Positions 1 through 10,594 of a stretch of DNA of 64,000 nt are shown here, in pieces. The stretch lies in the NCBI GenBank assembly GCA_950097015.1, contig CATNEN010000003.1:5084001-5148000 (forward strand), in the 5' to 3' direction. Source of the stretch: Macrostomum hystrix (lineage: Eukaryota; Animalia; Platyhelminthes). Position 1 is the first letter of the stretch, and each line of letters begins with the position of its first letter. The notes under the pieces were generated by a model. The model had not been told where the DNA came from, did no database searches, and worked only from the letters and a program-made list of their open reading frames with translations. The position numbers were made by a program, and so were the translations under genes.

Positions 1-307
1 TCTCCACTTCTGAACCGTCGAAAGTTGTTACTCGTCTATTTGAATTGTAAATTTCTTCTTTGCGGAACGTGTTCTTCCATGAGCTTCGACTTAAAAAGTT
101 ATGTCCAGCACCGGTGTCTAGTAAAAAGTTTAGCGACTTTCCTCTAATTTCTCCTTGTAATATTGCTTCCCGACCTTTAATCTCTATATTAGTTGACTCG
201 ATATTGGGTGCGGACGTTGCTACTGCTGGTTCAGAGGCTTTTAATTTGCACTTATTTGTTCCTGAGGATCGGGGCCTCTCTGCTCGATCCTCGCTCTTCA
301 GTTTCCC
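1..307 (-). CDS. pol: pol N-terminus (retroviral-type aspartic protease) in the -1 frame of gag, partial
   Basis: Manual translation from the slip site is open to the window edge: GKLKSEDRAERPRSSG...GEIRGKSLNFLLDTGAGHNFLSRSSW. Catalytic DTG codons at 110-118. Confidence 0.9.
264..307 (-). promoter_or_regulatory. -1 programmed ribosomal frameshift signal
   Basis: Slippery heptamer G GGA AAC (301-307) just before the gag stop, an 8-nt spacer, then an 8-bp stem GAGGATCG/CGATCCTC (264-292). Confidence 0.85.
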
Positions 308-1398
308 TGCTGCTGATTGGAATTAGCCGGTCCAGAACTTCGGCAGAATTTGGCCACATGCCCGTTATTGCCACAATTGAAGCAGATTCGCGGCGGGCGA
401 TCCTGCTGCTGTTGCTGCTGCTGATAGTTCTGCGACTGCTGCTGTTGCGCTTGAGTATTTGGCTGCTGTCTCTGCTGATAGTTCTGCCGCTGATAGTTCT
501 GCTGTTGCTGATGGTTCTGCTGCTGTTTCGGCTGATAGTTCTGCTGCTGCTGATAGTTCTGCCGTTGCTGATAATTCTGCTGCTGCTGATAGTTCTGCCG
601 CTGCTGATAATTCTGCTGCTGATAGTTCTGCTGCTGCTGCTGCGGATAGTTCTGCTGCTGCTGCAGGTTCTGAGTAGCCATCTGGACACTGACCATGAGT
701 TCTTGCATGGTTCTCTTTTGTTGTTCTAGTTCTTCTTGTTGCCTCAGCAATATTTCTTCAATCCTGCTCTGTCTCTTTTGTTCAGCTTCATCACTCTTGG
801 CCATCTTCATACTAACACCTTTGTGGGACATGTTCCACGCTGTTTCCATGCGTCTCAGCATTCTCCTTGCATCTTGTAGGGTTGCTGGTGCAGCAAAAAT
901 AAGCTTCTCTCTGGTCTCAGCCGGTACTTTCACTCCTTTAATAAATTGTTCTATTATTTCTTCTTCTCTCTGTTCTGCGGTCATATTCGGAAATGCTCTG
1001 GTAGCTAGTTCAATAAGAGCGTCAGATAAATTTTCCACTGGTTCGTTGCGTCCTTGACTACGGCTTCTAAATTCTTCCCTAAATTCGGCGGAGCTTCCTG
1101 TTCTTCCGAAACGTTCCACCAGTCTTTCTTTAAATTCTTCATAGTTTAGATTGTCCGGCAAGTTCATACGCTGCACTGCGGCAAACGCAGTTGAGAGATC
1201 GAGGTTGGCTAGGAGCTCGCGCTTCCTGTGTGCCTCCTCTATTCCTTCAGCTTCGCAGCGCTGGTCAAAGGCTGTCAGCCAAATTCTGATTTCCTGATTT
1301 GGCGTGAATTTTTGAATTTTGACATGTCTCGTCGGTCCCAGCTCTAATCGGTTTCTTCGTTCTTCTGCTAGCATGGCGATTGCATCGTTGGCATTCAT
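298..1398 (-). CDS. gag: Gag polyprotein (366 aa) with Q/N/Y repeat tract and one CCHC zinc knuckle
   Basis: Capsid-like motifs (WLTAFDQRCEA; RSQGRNEPVE; EQFIKG) and CFNCGNNGHVAKFC knuckle; lies downstream of LTR and PBS. Confidence 0.93.
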   Translation of the reverse strand: MNANDAIAMLAEERRNRLELGPTRHVKIQKFTPNQEIRIWLTAFDQRCEAEGIEEAHRKRELLANLDLSTAFAAVQRMNLPDNLNYEEFKERLVERFGRTGSSAEFREEFRSRSQGRNEPVENLSDALIELATRAFPNMTAEQREEEIIEQFIKGVKVPAETREKLIFAAPATLQDARRMLRRMETAWNMSHKGVSMKMAKSDEAEQKRQSRIEEILLRQQEELEQQKRTMQELMVSVQMATQNLQQQQNYPQQQQQNYQQQNYQQRQNYQQQQNYQQRQNYQQQQNYQPKQQQNHQQQQNYQRQNYQQRQQPNTQAQQQQSQNYQQQQQQQDRPPRICFNCGNNGHVAKFCRSSGPANSNQQQGN

Positions 1399-1462
1399 TT
1401 TGACTATTTGACTATGAATAGCTTATTTCTAAGTAAGATTCTGCCGCTTTTCCGATCCTTTT

Positions 1463-1474
1463 CCGCTGCCACCA
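1463..1474 (-). promoter_or_regulatory. Primer binding site, tRNA-Leu-like
   Basis: TGGTGGCAGCGG 3 nt after the LTR end; complementary to the ...CCGCUGCCACCA 3' end of tRNA-Leu. Confidence 0.8.
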
Positions 1475-1477
1475 AGT

Positions 1478-1993
1478 TGTTGTAGTGCTTCTTTTACAAT
1501 TGCACTTTTCTAGTAATTCAAACTCTCCTCATACTGTAAGTAATTGGCCTAAACTTCTGACTTATTGCCTGTCAATCATTTTAGAATGACATATACATTA
1601 TACCACACCCCTGCTCGGGTGGACTTATGCAAACTACTGATAGTTTGGGTAGCGTGGCTCTTTGTCACGATATTTCTGGCCTCCTGCCAGTTATATTCTA
1701 GATATTAAATCTAGTTAGATCTGGAGACAATGCTCTCAGGTGATTCAGACAAGTTTTGTCAGGTAATTCAGGCTCTCTGGCCAGTCTGTACTCGGGCTTC
1801 CCCGGATCGGTTTCAACGGCTTCCACTTACTTTAGAAATAAGTAAGGCTTGTAAGATTGCTCACGAGGAGAATTGAACTGTTTCTAATAATGGGCACGAA
1901 ACGGTTACTGTCTTTATCACTTCCCGCCTCTATTTATAGCAATATTCCCAATACACTCAGCATACACACGGTATATTTCTTTTCATCTTAACA
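1478..1993 (-). mobile_element. 5' LTR (outer boundary uncertain, about 1993-2060)
   Basis: Inner end ...CTACAACA abuts the PBS; TATA-like GCTATAAATAG at about 1930-1940; motif order resembles the solo LTR at 6310-7100. Confidence 0.7.
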
Positions 1994-2061
1994 AATCACA
2001 TAAGTCGAATATTATAAGTATACGCACAGCATATTTTTAGCACGAATTCAAATATAGCCTG

Positions 2062-3190
2062 TTATAAATGCAAAAGCGTCTCTTCTTTTGAATTTATGCC
2101 GATAATTCTTTGACGATAGTTAAGCATTTGTGAATCTTCAAGAGCGTCAGCCTCATCGGTTACTACGCGAGTGATCTTTGGACACCGCTTTCGATATAAA
2201 ATCAACACAGCTATAAAACTCAGTAGTACGGTAACTAATGCCACGGTCGCAGGCACGACGACCAAGATTAGAATTTTCTGTTCATCTTCGAATTTCTCCT
2301 GCGTTGTTTGATCTGATACTGTGCTGCAGCCTTTTGTAGCCACGATCCGCACGGATAGATCAATTATTTGGTCACTTATCACCCTTAAGTTGTTATCTGA
2401 GCAAGCCTGAGATTCGACACCAGGACTATCGCTCTGTGGAAACTCGACCAATGTGATCATCTCAAGGCTGCAGTTGACAAACTCAAGCTCCGGCTCGTCC
2501 TGTGCGTTCACTTTCAAAGACAAGCACGGCCCGGTGACTTCTCCGGAGGTTCTGTAAACCAGGGGCGGTTAATTTCGTGAAAGTCCACCATCTGATCGAA
2601 TTTTCCAGGGATAGAAATCAATGGAGAAGTCGAACCAAGCATACCGTTCTGCAAAAATTATAACTGAAAAGTTAGGGGCACGGGGGTTCTGAAACCAACA
2701 ATGCCCAGTCCAAACCTACACAAGATCATCAGCTGGTAGCAATGGCTTAAGAGTGCAATTAGTCCGGGCCTTGACAATCGACAGCACAGTTCCGTTTGCT
2801 CCACCAAATAAGCCGAGACGGATCGGCTGCCGTAGATTCAAAGGCCGCCTGTACGGGTGCCGAAGCTGCCTGTTGCGGTCTAAAGTGTTTTTAATCCATG
2901 GAATGCAGGTAAGTAAATGTCTCATCAGGTGATAGCTGTTCATTAGTTAGGACCGAGTCGTTATTCTTACTGGCCACAATAAAGTCGTTGATTTCGGACA
3001 TGTTGCTAAAACGAGCAAGTTGAGCGTAGCCACGGATTCTGAACATTGCATCGTTTAGAATTTGCTTTACGGAACTCAGTGCATAACAGGCGCCATTGAA
3101 GTTGAGCATGTCAACGCTGCAGACCTCCGGAAGGGGCACTAGGTACCGAAGCTTGACTGCAGGGGAGCTTCTAACTCTCGGATCCCACTC
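2062..3190 (-). pseudogene. Disrupted intronless C-type-lectin-like single-pass membrane protein
   Basis: CSVDMLNFNGACYALS...LARFSNMSEINDFI resembles a CTL N-terminus; a later GPCLSL...EFVNCSLEM resembles a CTL C-terminus; hydrophobic ILILVVVPATVALVTVLLSFIAVLILY followed by RKR. One frameshift near 2900 and two in-frame stops (2716 and about 2570). Confidence 0.55.
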
Positions 3191-3296
3191 AATCGTACTC
3201 GTGAAGTAGCTCCTATTAAGGAATTATTTTTTTTTCTGATTGATGTAGGTAAATTTAGGGTGAGTCCCTGAGAATGAGTATATGCAGGATCGAAGC

Positions 3297-3546
3297 GAGA
3301 CCTATGAGGACTGTGGAGAGACCTACGAGGACTGGATTGGGACCTATGAGGACTGGGGAGAGACCTATGAGGACTGGGGAGAGACCTATGAGGACTGGGG
3401 AGAGACCTATGAGGACTGGGGAGAGACCTATAAGGACTGGGGAGAGACCTATGAGGACTGGGGAGAGACCTATGAGGACTGGGGAGAGACCTATGAGGAC
3501 TGGGGAGAGACCTATGAGGACTGGGGAGAGACCTATGAGGACTGGA
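3297..3546 (+). repeat. 21-bp minisatellite (GAGACCTATGAGGACTGGGGA)n, left array
   Basis: About 12 tandem units visible; same unit and orientation as 10826-11540. Confidence 0.97.
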
Positions 3547-3825
3547 GTGGGACTCGGCGTAGCGCCGAGATCGTAATCGCCATTAACTGCGAGGCAGCCA
3601 ACCGGTAAAAGCATTATAAGGCTTCAGGCCATAGACAAATCAACTCCCCCTATAACGCCGTTGCTTGTCGACCGTCATTATTGTGTGGTTGATTTGTCTA
3701 TGGCTAAGAGTGGGCAATCGAGTCATCGTGCGAAGAGGGAGGGGGTTAGGAGCAGGGAGCGAAATTTATTTTGAAACTAAGTTTGTCTGCTTCTATCTTG
3801 GCTCTGGCTGAAATGGAGGAAATGT

Positions 3826-4688
3826 ATAATCTTTCCCACTTATTTCGGCTGCCAGGGTGCAAAGGCTCGAGGCGCAAATTTATTGACCGAGGCGAAGCCA
3901 AGGACCACTAGAAGAAGAAGGACGGGACACTTCGTTTCTTAGAAAATTTATTAAAGGCTGATTTTTACGGAAAAATACACTAGCGAGATAGGACCTTTTC
4001 ACTTTTTTTACCTTAAAACGTTGATAACTTTTTATTTGAAGCAGATACAAAGCTCTTCTTTTGATATAACTTACAAAATATGTTGCTTCGACGAATTTTA
4101 TGAAGATTTTTTTATGAATAATTGATCTTCATATTGTTTTAGTTACTATATCATGCAGCAATTATAGTATGAAGCTAACTAGTGACTAACTTGAATTTTA
4201 CAATCTCTGTTTAATCGAATGCATCTATTTATTAGCAATATATGATTAAAAAATAGTTGGTTATAATTGTATGCCCAACTCACTGCTTCTTTGTTTTAGT
4301 TTTATACTTTCTATATAAAATAAATTTAAATATATAGCTACCTATATTACATATAGATATAGGCCTACTAGCTATGCCTAGACCTAGTTATATGTTTATC
4401 AATAATCAAGACAGTATCTATCTTGTTAAGAATTGACAGTTTTTTATACTTAATGAAATGTATGAATCTAAGCAAATGATTTAATTTTAAACCAAGCTTG
4501 TTCTCTCTTGTTTTTAGACTTTAGCTTATTTTAGCTATATAGACATTATCTTTACATTAGCTAGTTTTTCCTATATTTATTAAACAATGATATGGTAATT
4601 TGCTCTGATTTTATCAAGATGTTCTTATTTTTATTTTTTATTTTTTATGTAAACAATGGCATCGTTAACTGAAGGGTTTTTTTTATTT
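3826..4688 (+). mobile_element. Left arm of a long inverted repeat (foldback-like element 3826-9052)
   Basis: Reverse complement of about 8178-9052 over about 860 bp with scattered differences. Confidence 0.9.
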
Positions 4689-6309
4689 GTAGTGAAATTG
4701 TTAATTTCCTATTCATATTTTTTGGGTTCAGGGTTTGCACATGGCTAGCTATTATGTGATGAACTTATCCAATATTCTATTTTAGCCATCTATTTGCCTA
4801 TCTACTATAATTTTACATTTCTTCTTTTTTAAACAAGTATTGTATTTTTATAGCTAATATTAGCTTGACTTGGCTGTTTTGATGAATTTGATTTTCATTA
4901 AATTTATCACTTTTATTTCTAATTGAAATTAACAGTCCAGAAGTTGTAAGTAGGCCTATTGTAACAGGGCTTATCACTCTTCTTTTTTTCTATCTTGGTA
5001 GCATATCTCTCAGGGTCTCGGCACAAGCGGTTTATCCTTCTAAGGCACTGGTCTCTTATTTTCCTGTCTTTGCTGGGCATTTTCCATGGATCAGAGGGTC
5101 ACAGCCTCAAATAACCAACTCAATACTTGAACGCCTTCTTACTCAGTTATAGCTTATTTGCTTTTCGCCACACTGGCATGTTGCTTTGTCTCACAAGAAT
5201 TGCACTCGTTTATATACACAAAAAAGTTTGTTTAAATGAATGAATTTAACAGAATATTTATAATATTTTACATAAAAAAATATTTAGCACATTTAAACAA
5301 AGAGCATAGGTACGAATTTGACTAAAAATGATAAAAGCACCCCTACTACACTATTGTATTTTTTTGTCTGTTGGGGCAATATTATTGCCAATAAATATAA
5401 GTAATAGCACTTCCACAGTCTATTTTTGTAAGCTTTAAATTTTCAACATTGAAACATTTAATTAAAAAATATAAAACAAAAAGTGTTACTTGTTCCTATC
5501 ACATTTTAGCTATAATAAAGTTTTGCTTGCACTGACACTAGTACTCAGAGCTTTTGCTATTATTGTTATGCCTATTAAGATCTTCAAGGTTGATATGGCC
5601 CAGGTAAGCTATCTGGCTCTCATTCAGTGGTAGACTAATTCTGCAATGTATTAGTGTGTAATGTTAGAATATTTTTGGTAATATTATCTATGTATTTATT
5701 ATAGTAAGAAATTATAAAATGTTCTTGCTATTGTGGCTCTAGTATGTGTTTTTCACTTTGTTTTTTTGCCATTGCAGGGAAAGTCCATGCCTTTCTGCTT
5801 TGTGCCAACACCACTGCCCCAGTTCTACCTACCTGTGGTGGAGCCCCAGCTAATCAGAGAACAACCTGGTGGAGCTTCTGGGCTACCTATTTGAGAGCCT
5901 AGCCTGGAGCCTAAGGACCTTGTTCATGTTTACTGCATTTTCAACCAAGTGCTGTAGTCACCAGCTAGACAACCCCATCCAGTCAGTCTAATCACCATGT
6001 GATTGATGCCCCTTGCAAGGTAGTAAGCTTCTGACTGTCCTCATGGACATACAAAGACATTATGTAGAGAAAGATATTACTTCATGTCTATATAATTTAA
6101 GATTATATAGATATTATTTTTGTGTCTCAATTGTGAAAATTGCCTTGAATTTGAAGAATCATTTGTTATAAAGAACAATTTAAATCCATTTATACTACTT
6201 CAGTTGATTTCGAGAGTTCTTTTACATTTTTCTGATTATTGAAATTAGTTTCTTTTCTCAATAGTGCATGTGCCATGAGATGTCAAATGGAGAACAATAA
6301 ATTGAAGTA

Positions 6310-7100
6310 TGTCGTAGGCCTCTTTTCTAAATCCCACTGCTTTCACCAAGTTGTTGTAGGGCTCCTTACTAATATCTTACAGCTGCCACTAAGTTGTCGT
6401 AGGCTCTCTCCTCTTTGGGTTTAAATATCACCGATACTCTTTTATTAAAGATTAACAATTGCTTATTTCACACCTTGGATTACCCTTTGAAATAACTCTT
6501 AATTTCCCTTGTCTATGACTTAGTTATTCTTCATAGGCTAGCTATGTATCCTCTTATTGCATATGCATATATTGTTTAACTTGGCCAGATAGGCTGCTTT
6601 CCTTCCAAAAATTTGGTAGCGTTCTCACGAGTGTCCGAGCGGCAAGACACTTCTTCCTCTCCTCTACTTACTCACAACTGTCTGGCTCTCTGGTTTGTTC
6701 CCAGCCTTTCAAGGCTTCCAATGGACTGAAGTTGCCCAACTTTGCACACAGTGCTTTTCCACCAATTGGGATTTACCCTTCTGCTCTTTAGTTTTACACT
6801 CCACTGCTTTTTGTGACTATTCCCTTCTTTATTCTTTCGAATATTCCTGGCTTGTGTATTAACACGGACCTGCTTTTCTCCTCTCTAAAATAATTGAAAA
6901 ACACTTTGAGATTTATTCTCTTTTGTTTCACTCTGAACTGGGCACGGAGCACCGGTTGGGGATTTTGGGCAAAACTGCGTCTATATTTATAGCAAAATTG
7001 GGGTGGATGATACGGTGTATTATAACAAAATGAAAATCGGGAAAAAGCATTTGGCGGGAATTCAACTTATAATTCTACGATAAAATTTGGGCCTGCCTCA
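6310..7100 (-). mobile_element. Solo LTR with 4-bp target site duplication
   Basis: TG...CA termini with imperfect IR (TGTCGTAGGCC / GGCCTGCCTCA); AGTA on both flanks (6306-6309, 7101-7104); TATA-like motif at about 6985. Confidence 0.75.
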
Positions 7101-7339
7101 AGTAGTTGCAGCTTTTTATATCTTTGTATATGAGCTCATAGTATACACGTTTTACTTAAATGATATAGTGCAAAAATGCGTTCAATTAGTGCTGACCTTT
7201 CGTTTTTCATCGTCTTTTATTGTCAAGATGTCTATGAAGTGTTGTGTGCCACAATAACAACAATGACAACAAAATACACTGTCAGGTAAAAAAAGCAGTG
7301 TCACAGTGCATGCTATAGAGCCTGGGTGCGAACAAACAC

Positions 7340-7905
7340 TGCATTGCTGGCAGTGTCTGGGGCACCAGCATAGGCCAGCAGGCAATCAATGAAACCTGTT
7401 CTCAGGTTGCAGGTAGGGATCCAACATGGGTTGCGACCACAATAGCAGCATTTGGTTGAACAACTTTGCAGCACAGGATTGCAGGCAGATGCCTCGATAC
7501 TTGTATAGCCGTGTAGTGCCCGGCTTCTTTGATATGGCAATGATGTTCGTCATGGTCCACTCGGTTCATCACACAGGCAACCTCAATGGCCACACAGTGA
7601 ATATGCAGCACCTTGATGAACACATTGTCTGGACACAGCGCTTTGCTGCCTGGCTTCTTCTAGGCAAACATCACGACTTCAGCCATGGTGAATGGTGCAA
7701 TGTTAAAACTGTCCTTTGACCACAACTGAGTCTCTGGTGGCAGTGTCAGGATGTTGGGCAGCGGTGGCAGCGCATTGACTATGGCGGCAAAGAACTCGCG
7801 TAGCTTGTTACTGTGCTCATCCACAGTGCTGCCTGCCAGATTCAGTTGGATGCGCCACTTTTGCCCTGTCAGAGCATTAATGGCAGACCAGGCCACATGC
7901 TATCT
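7340..7905 (-). pseudogene. Degenerate non-LTR retrotransposon (LINE ORF2) fragment
   Basis: AWSAINALTG...LREFFAAIVN...PFTMAEV...KALCPDNV resembles the linker and RT domain 0 of LINE ORF2; stops and frameshifts. Confidence 0.65.
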
Positions 7906-8177
7906 GGAATCATGCACCACAATAAAAAAGTAATTATGACACAAAGGATAAAAGGACCACAGTTTTTTCCTTTTCTAAACAGAAAACTGAGTTTGAGGCA
8001 TGGCACAAAGCTTTACCAATTTCAATAAAGGTAAATAAATCCTTGTTAATAAAATAATTACATGAATTCATGGGTGTTATTAACATTTTTTTATTGGGTG
8101 GTGCCAGTAGGGATTTAGGGGTGCACACAAATGGGAATTGGAGGGCTCTGTGATGGGATTTAAAAGAAAGCCAAATT

Positions 8178-9052
8178 TTAAAGAAAAAACCCTTCAGGCC
8201 CCTAGCCAATTATGCCATTGTTTTCATTAAATAATAGAAAATAAAAAAAGAACATCTTGATAAAATTAGAGCAAATAACCATATCATTGTTTAATAAATA
8301 CAGGAAAAACTAGCTTATGTAAAGATAATGTCAATATAGCTAAAAAAAGCTAAAGTCTAAAAACAAGAGAGAACAAGCTTGGTTTAAAATTAAATCATTT
8401 GCTTAGATTCATACATTTCATTAAGTATAAAAAACTGTCAATTCTTAACAAGATAGATAGGCCTACTGTCTTGATTATTGATAAACATATAACTAGGTCT
8501 AGGCATAGCTAGTAGGCCTATATTTAATATAGGTAGCTATATATTTAAATTTATTTTATATAGAAAGCATAAAACTAAAATAAAGAAGCAGTGAGTTGGG
8601 CATACAATAATAACCAACTATTTTTTAATCAAATATTGCTAATAAATAGATGCATTCGATTAAACAGAGATTGTAAAATTCAAGTTAGTCACTAGTTAGC
8701 TTCATACTATGATTGCTGCATGATATAGTAACTTAAATAATATGAAGATCAATTATTCATGAAAAAATCTTCATAAAATTCGTCGAAGCAACATATTTTG
8801 TAAGTTATATCAAAAGAAGAGCTTTGTATCTGCTTCCAATAAAAAGTTATCAACGTTTTAAGGTGAAAAAAGTGAAAAGTTCCTATCTCGCTAGTGTATT
8901 TTTCCGTAAAAATCAGCCTTTAATAAATTTTCTAAGAAACGAAGTGTCCCGTCCTTCTTCTTCTAGTGGTCCTTGGGCGAAGCCTCGGTCAATGAAATTC
9001 GCGCCGAGTGCCTTTGCACCCTAGACAGCCGAAATAAGTGGGAGAGATGGTA
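8178..9052 (-). mobile_element. Right arm of the long inverted repeat
   Basis: For example GAAGTGTCCCGTCCTTCTTCTTCTAGTGGTCCTTGG (8941) is the reverse complement of 3898-3933. Confidence 0.9.
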
Positions 9053-9217
9053 TGTATCCCCCACTTGGCTGCCGACTTTCATTGCACTTTAAGTCTTCTG
9101 TTTCTTGCTACGCTCTGTCTGTAGTCTATGGTGAAAATCAAAATCCGAGAGGAGGGTAGACGCTAAAAAAGACAGCCTTTATGCGAAAAAGACAGAACAG
9201 GACAGAATAGCAGACGC

Positions 9218-9787
9218 TTGTATATGTCTAGCCCTCGATTTGAAAGCTTGACTGAGGCCGAGGCGGAGGCCATGATTGGCGGCACGGTCCCTCCGAACAC
9301 CGTAAAGAAATGCGAGTGGATGCTGTCTACTTTCAATGAATGGCACGCGTTTAAGAAGCAAGAATGGGCGACGAATGGTGGACCATCCATCATGGTTATC
9401 AAGGACATGGATGAGTTTGACAAGACGGACCTGAACTTTCTCCTGAAGTTGTTTATCCTGGAGGTCCGGACAAAACGGAACGAACGGTACTCGGCTGGTA
9501 CCCTGAAGGACTTCTTCTCAATGCTACAATACCAAATGCGCAACGTGCATCGCAAGGACTGGTGCCTCTGGACGAATGTCGAGTTTGCCGAGTGCAGAAG
9601 AGCGTTGGACGCTGCTATGAAGCTATCAACTGCTGAGGGCAAGGGCGTCGGGCTCAAGAAGTCTGACCCGGTGTCAAAGCCCATCGAAGATGACTGCTGG
9701 ACGGAGGGTGTGTTTGGTTCCGAGCGTTCTCGTTTTGCACTTTCTTTGTTTATTTCCCCAGACGGGTGTAACTTATGTCTGTGGTAA
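9218..9787 (+). CDS. Crypton/DUF3504-associated (ZMYM/QRICH1-like) tyrosine recombinase N-terminal part, truncated
   Basis: PPNTVKKCEW..FNEW..LNFLLKLFILEVRTKRNERYSAGTL..FAECRRALDAAMK..GVG..EDDCWTEGVFG matches the region preceding DUF3504; no catalytic C-terminus visible. Confidence 0.8.
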   Translation: MYMSSPRFESLTEAEAEAMIGGTVPPNTVKKCEWMLSTFNEWHAFKKQEWATNGGPSIMVIKDMDEFDKTDLNFLLKLFILEVRTKRNERYSAGTLKDFFSMLQYQMRNVHRKDWCLWTNVEFAECRRALDAAMKLSTAEGKGVGLKKSDPVSKPIEDDCWTEGVFGSERSRFALSLFISPDGCNLCLW

Positions 9788-9820
9788 AAGTTCTGTTTCG
9801 CGCGGGGGCGCGGGAAATAA

Positions 9821-10594
9821 ATGATTTATTGCCCTAGGGCAAATAAACGAAACGCGATACGACATAGACAATGTTGGCGGGCAAGTGGGGGATACATGGC
9901 AGCATTTCCAACCGGATTACTAGACCTGCGAGAAAGGGACGTGGTCGGTCTCACTGTGGACCAAATTGTGGAGCGCATTGCCAACCAGCGGCTATTTAAT
10001 GAGCCGCCAGACGAACTGCCTGAACTGCCTGTGGATGACGTCACGGAGGCGCTATTGTCTGGATTGCCTGAACTGCCTGATGATGACGCCACGGAGACGG
10101 TACTGTCTGGATTGGATCAGGTGGAGCTACAGAATCGCAATCGCACTGCTGTTGTCCACGAGAACTCTGCCGTCAAGAGGTTCAACGTCTGCATGAGGAA
10201 ACTGAATATTGAGTGCGACCTGGCATGCGTCAATACTGAACAACTGGGCAAGTACCTACGGATCTTTTATGGCCTACTGCGCAAAGATGACGGTGGTCTG
10301 TATGCGCCGGCAAGCCTGGCATGTTTTCGCGCCGGACTTTACCGCTGCCTGAAGCGCACACGGTCAATTGATATAATCGGTGATATTGCCTTCACGCGTG
10401 CGAACGACATGTTGAAGGTAATGGCTGCATTATTTGTGAAGGAAGGCGGCGAGTCGAAACAGTATGCCGCCATAGAAGAGGCAGGTTTACGTTTGCTAGG
10501 ACAATACTTCAATCGTATGGATCCTGTTCGTCTGATGCACGAGGCATACTGCACGAAAGCAGGACTGATTGTCACGCCGCAGCTGGTAAACTGA
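9821..10594 (+). CDS. Second Crypton-type (KCTD1-like) tyrosine recombinase N-terminal part, truncated
   Basis: SAVKRF..LGKYLRIFYGLLRKDDGGLYAPASLACFRAGLYRCL..IDIIGDIAFTRANDML..YAAIEE..DPVRL; ends before the catalytic residues. Confidence 0.78.
   Translation: MIYCPRANKRNAIRHRQCWRASGGYMAAFPTGLLDLRERDVVGLTVDQIVERIANQRLFNEPPDELPELPVDDVTEALLSGLPELPDDDATETVLSGLDQVELQNRNRTAVVHENSAVKRFNVCMRKLNIECDLACVNTEQLGKYLRIFYGLLRKDDGGLYAPASLACFRAGLYRCLKRTRSIDIIGDIAFTRANDMLKVMAALFVKEGGESKQYAAIEEAGLRLLGQYFNRMDPVRLMHEAYCTKAGLIVTPQLVN

Larger units (their letters stand above)
1..1993 (-). mobile_element. Ty3/gypsy LTR retrotransposon, 5' portion (LTR-PBS-gag-pro), continues off the window start
   Basis: On the minus strand in order: LTR ending ...CTACAACA, PBS TGGTGGCAGCGG, uninterrupted gag with CCHC knuckle, then an aspartic protease motif in the -1 frame. 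Confidence 0.93.

Noticed and set aside
193-729. Leu-rich plus-strand ORF resembling a membrane protein
   Set aside because: Antisense shadow of the CAG-rich gag repeat.
2062-2523. env gene of the adjacent gypsy element
   Set aside because: It lies upstream of the 5' LTR, outside the element, and looks lectin-like.
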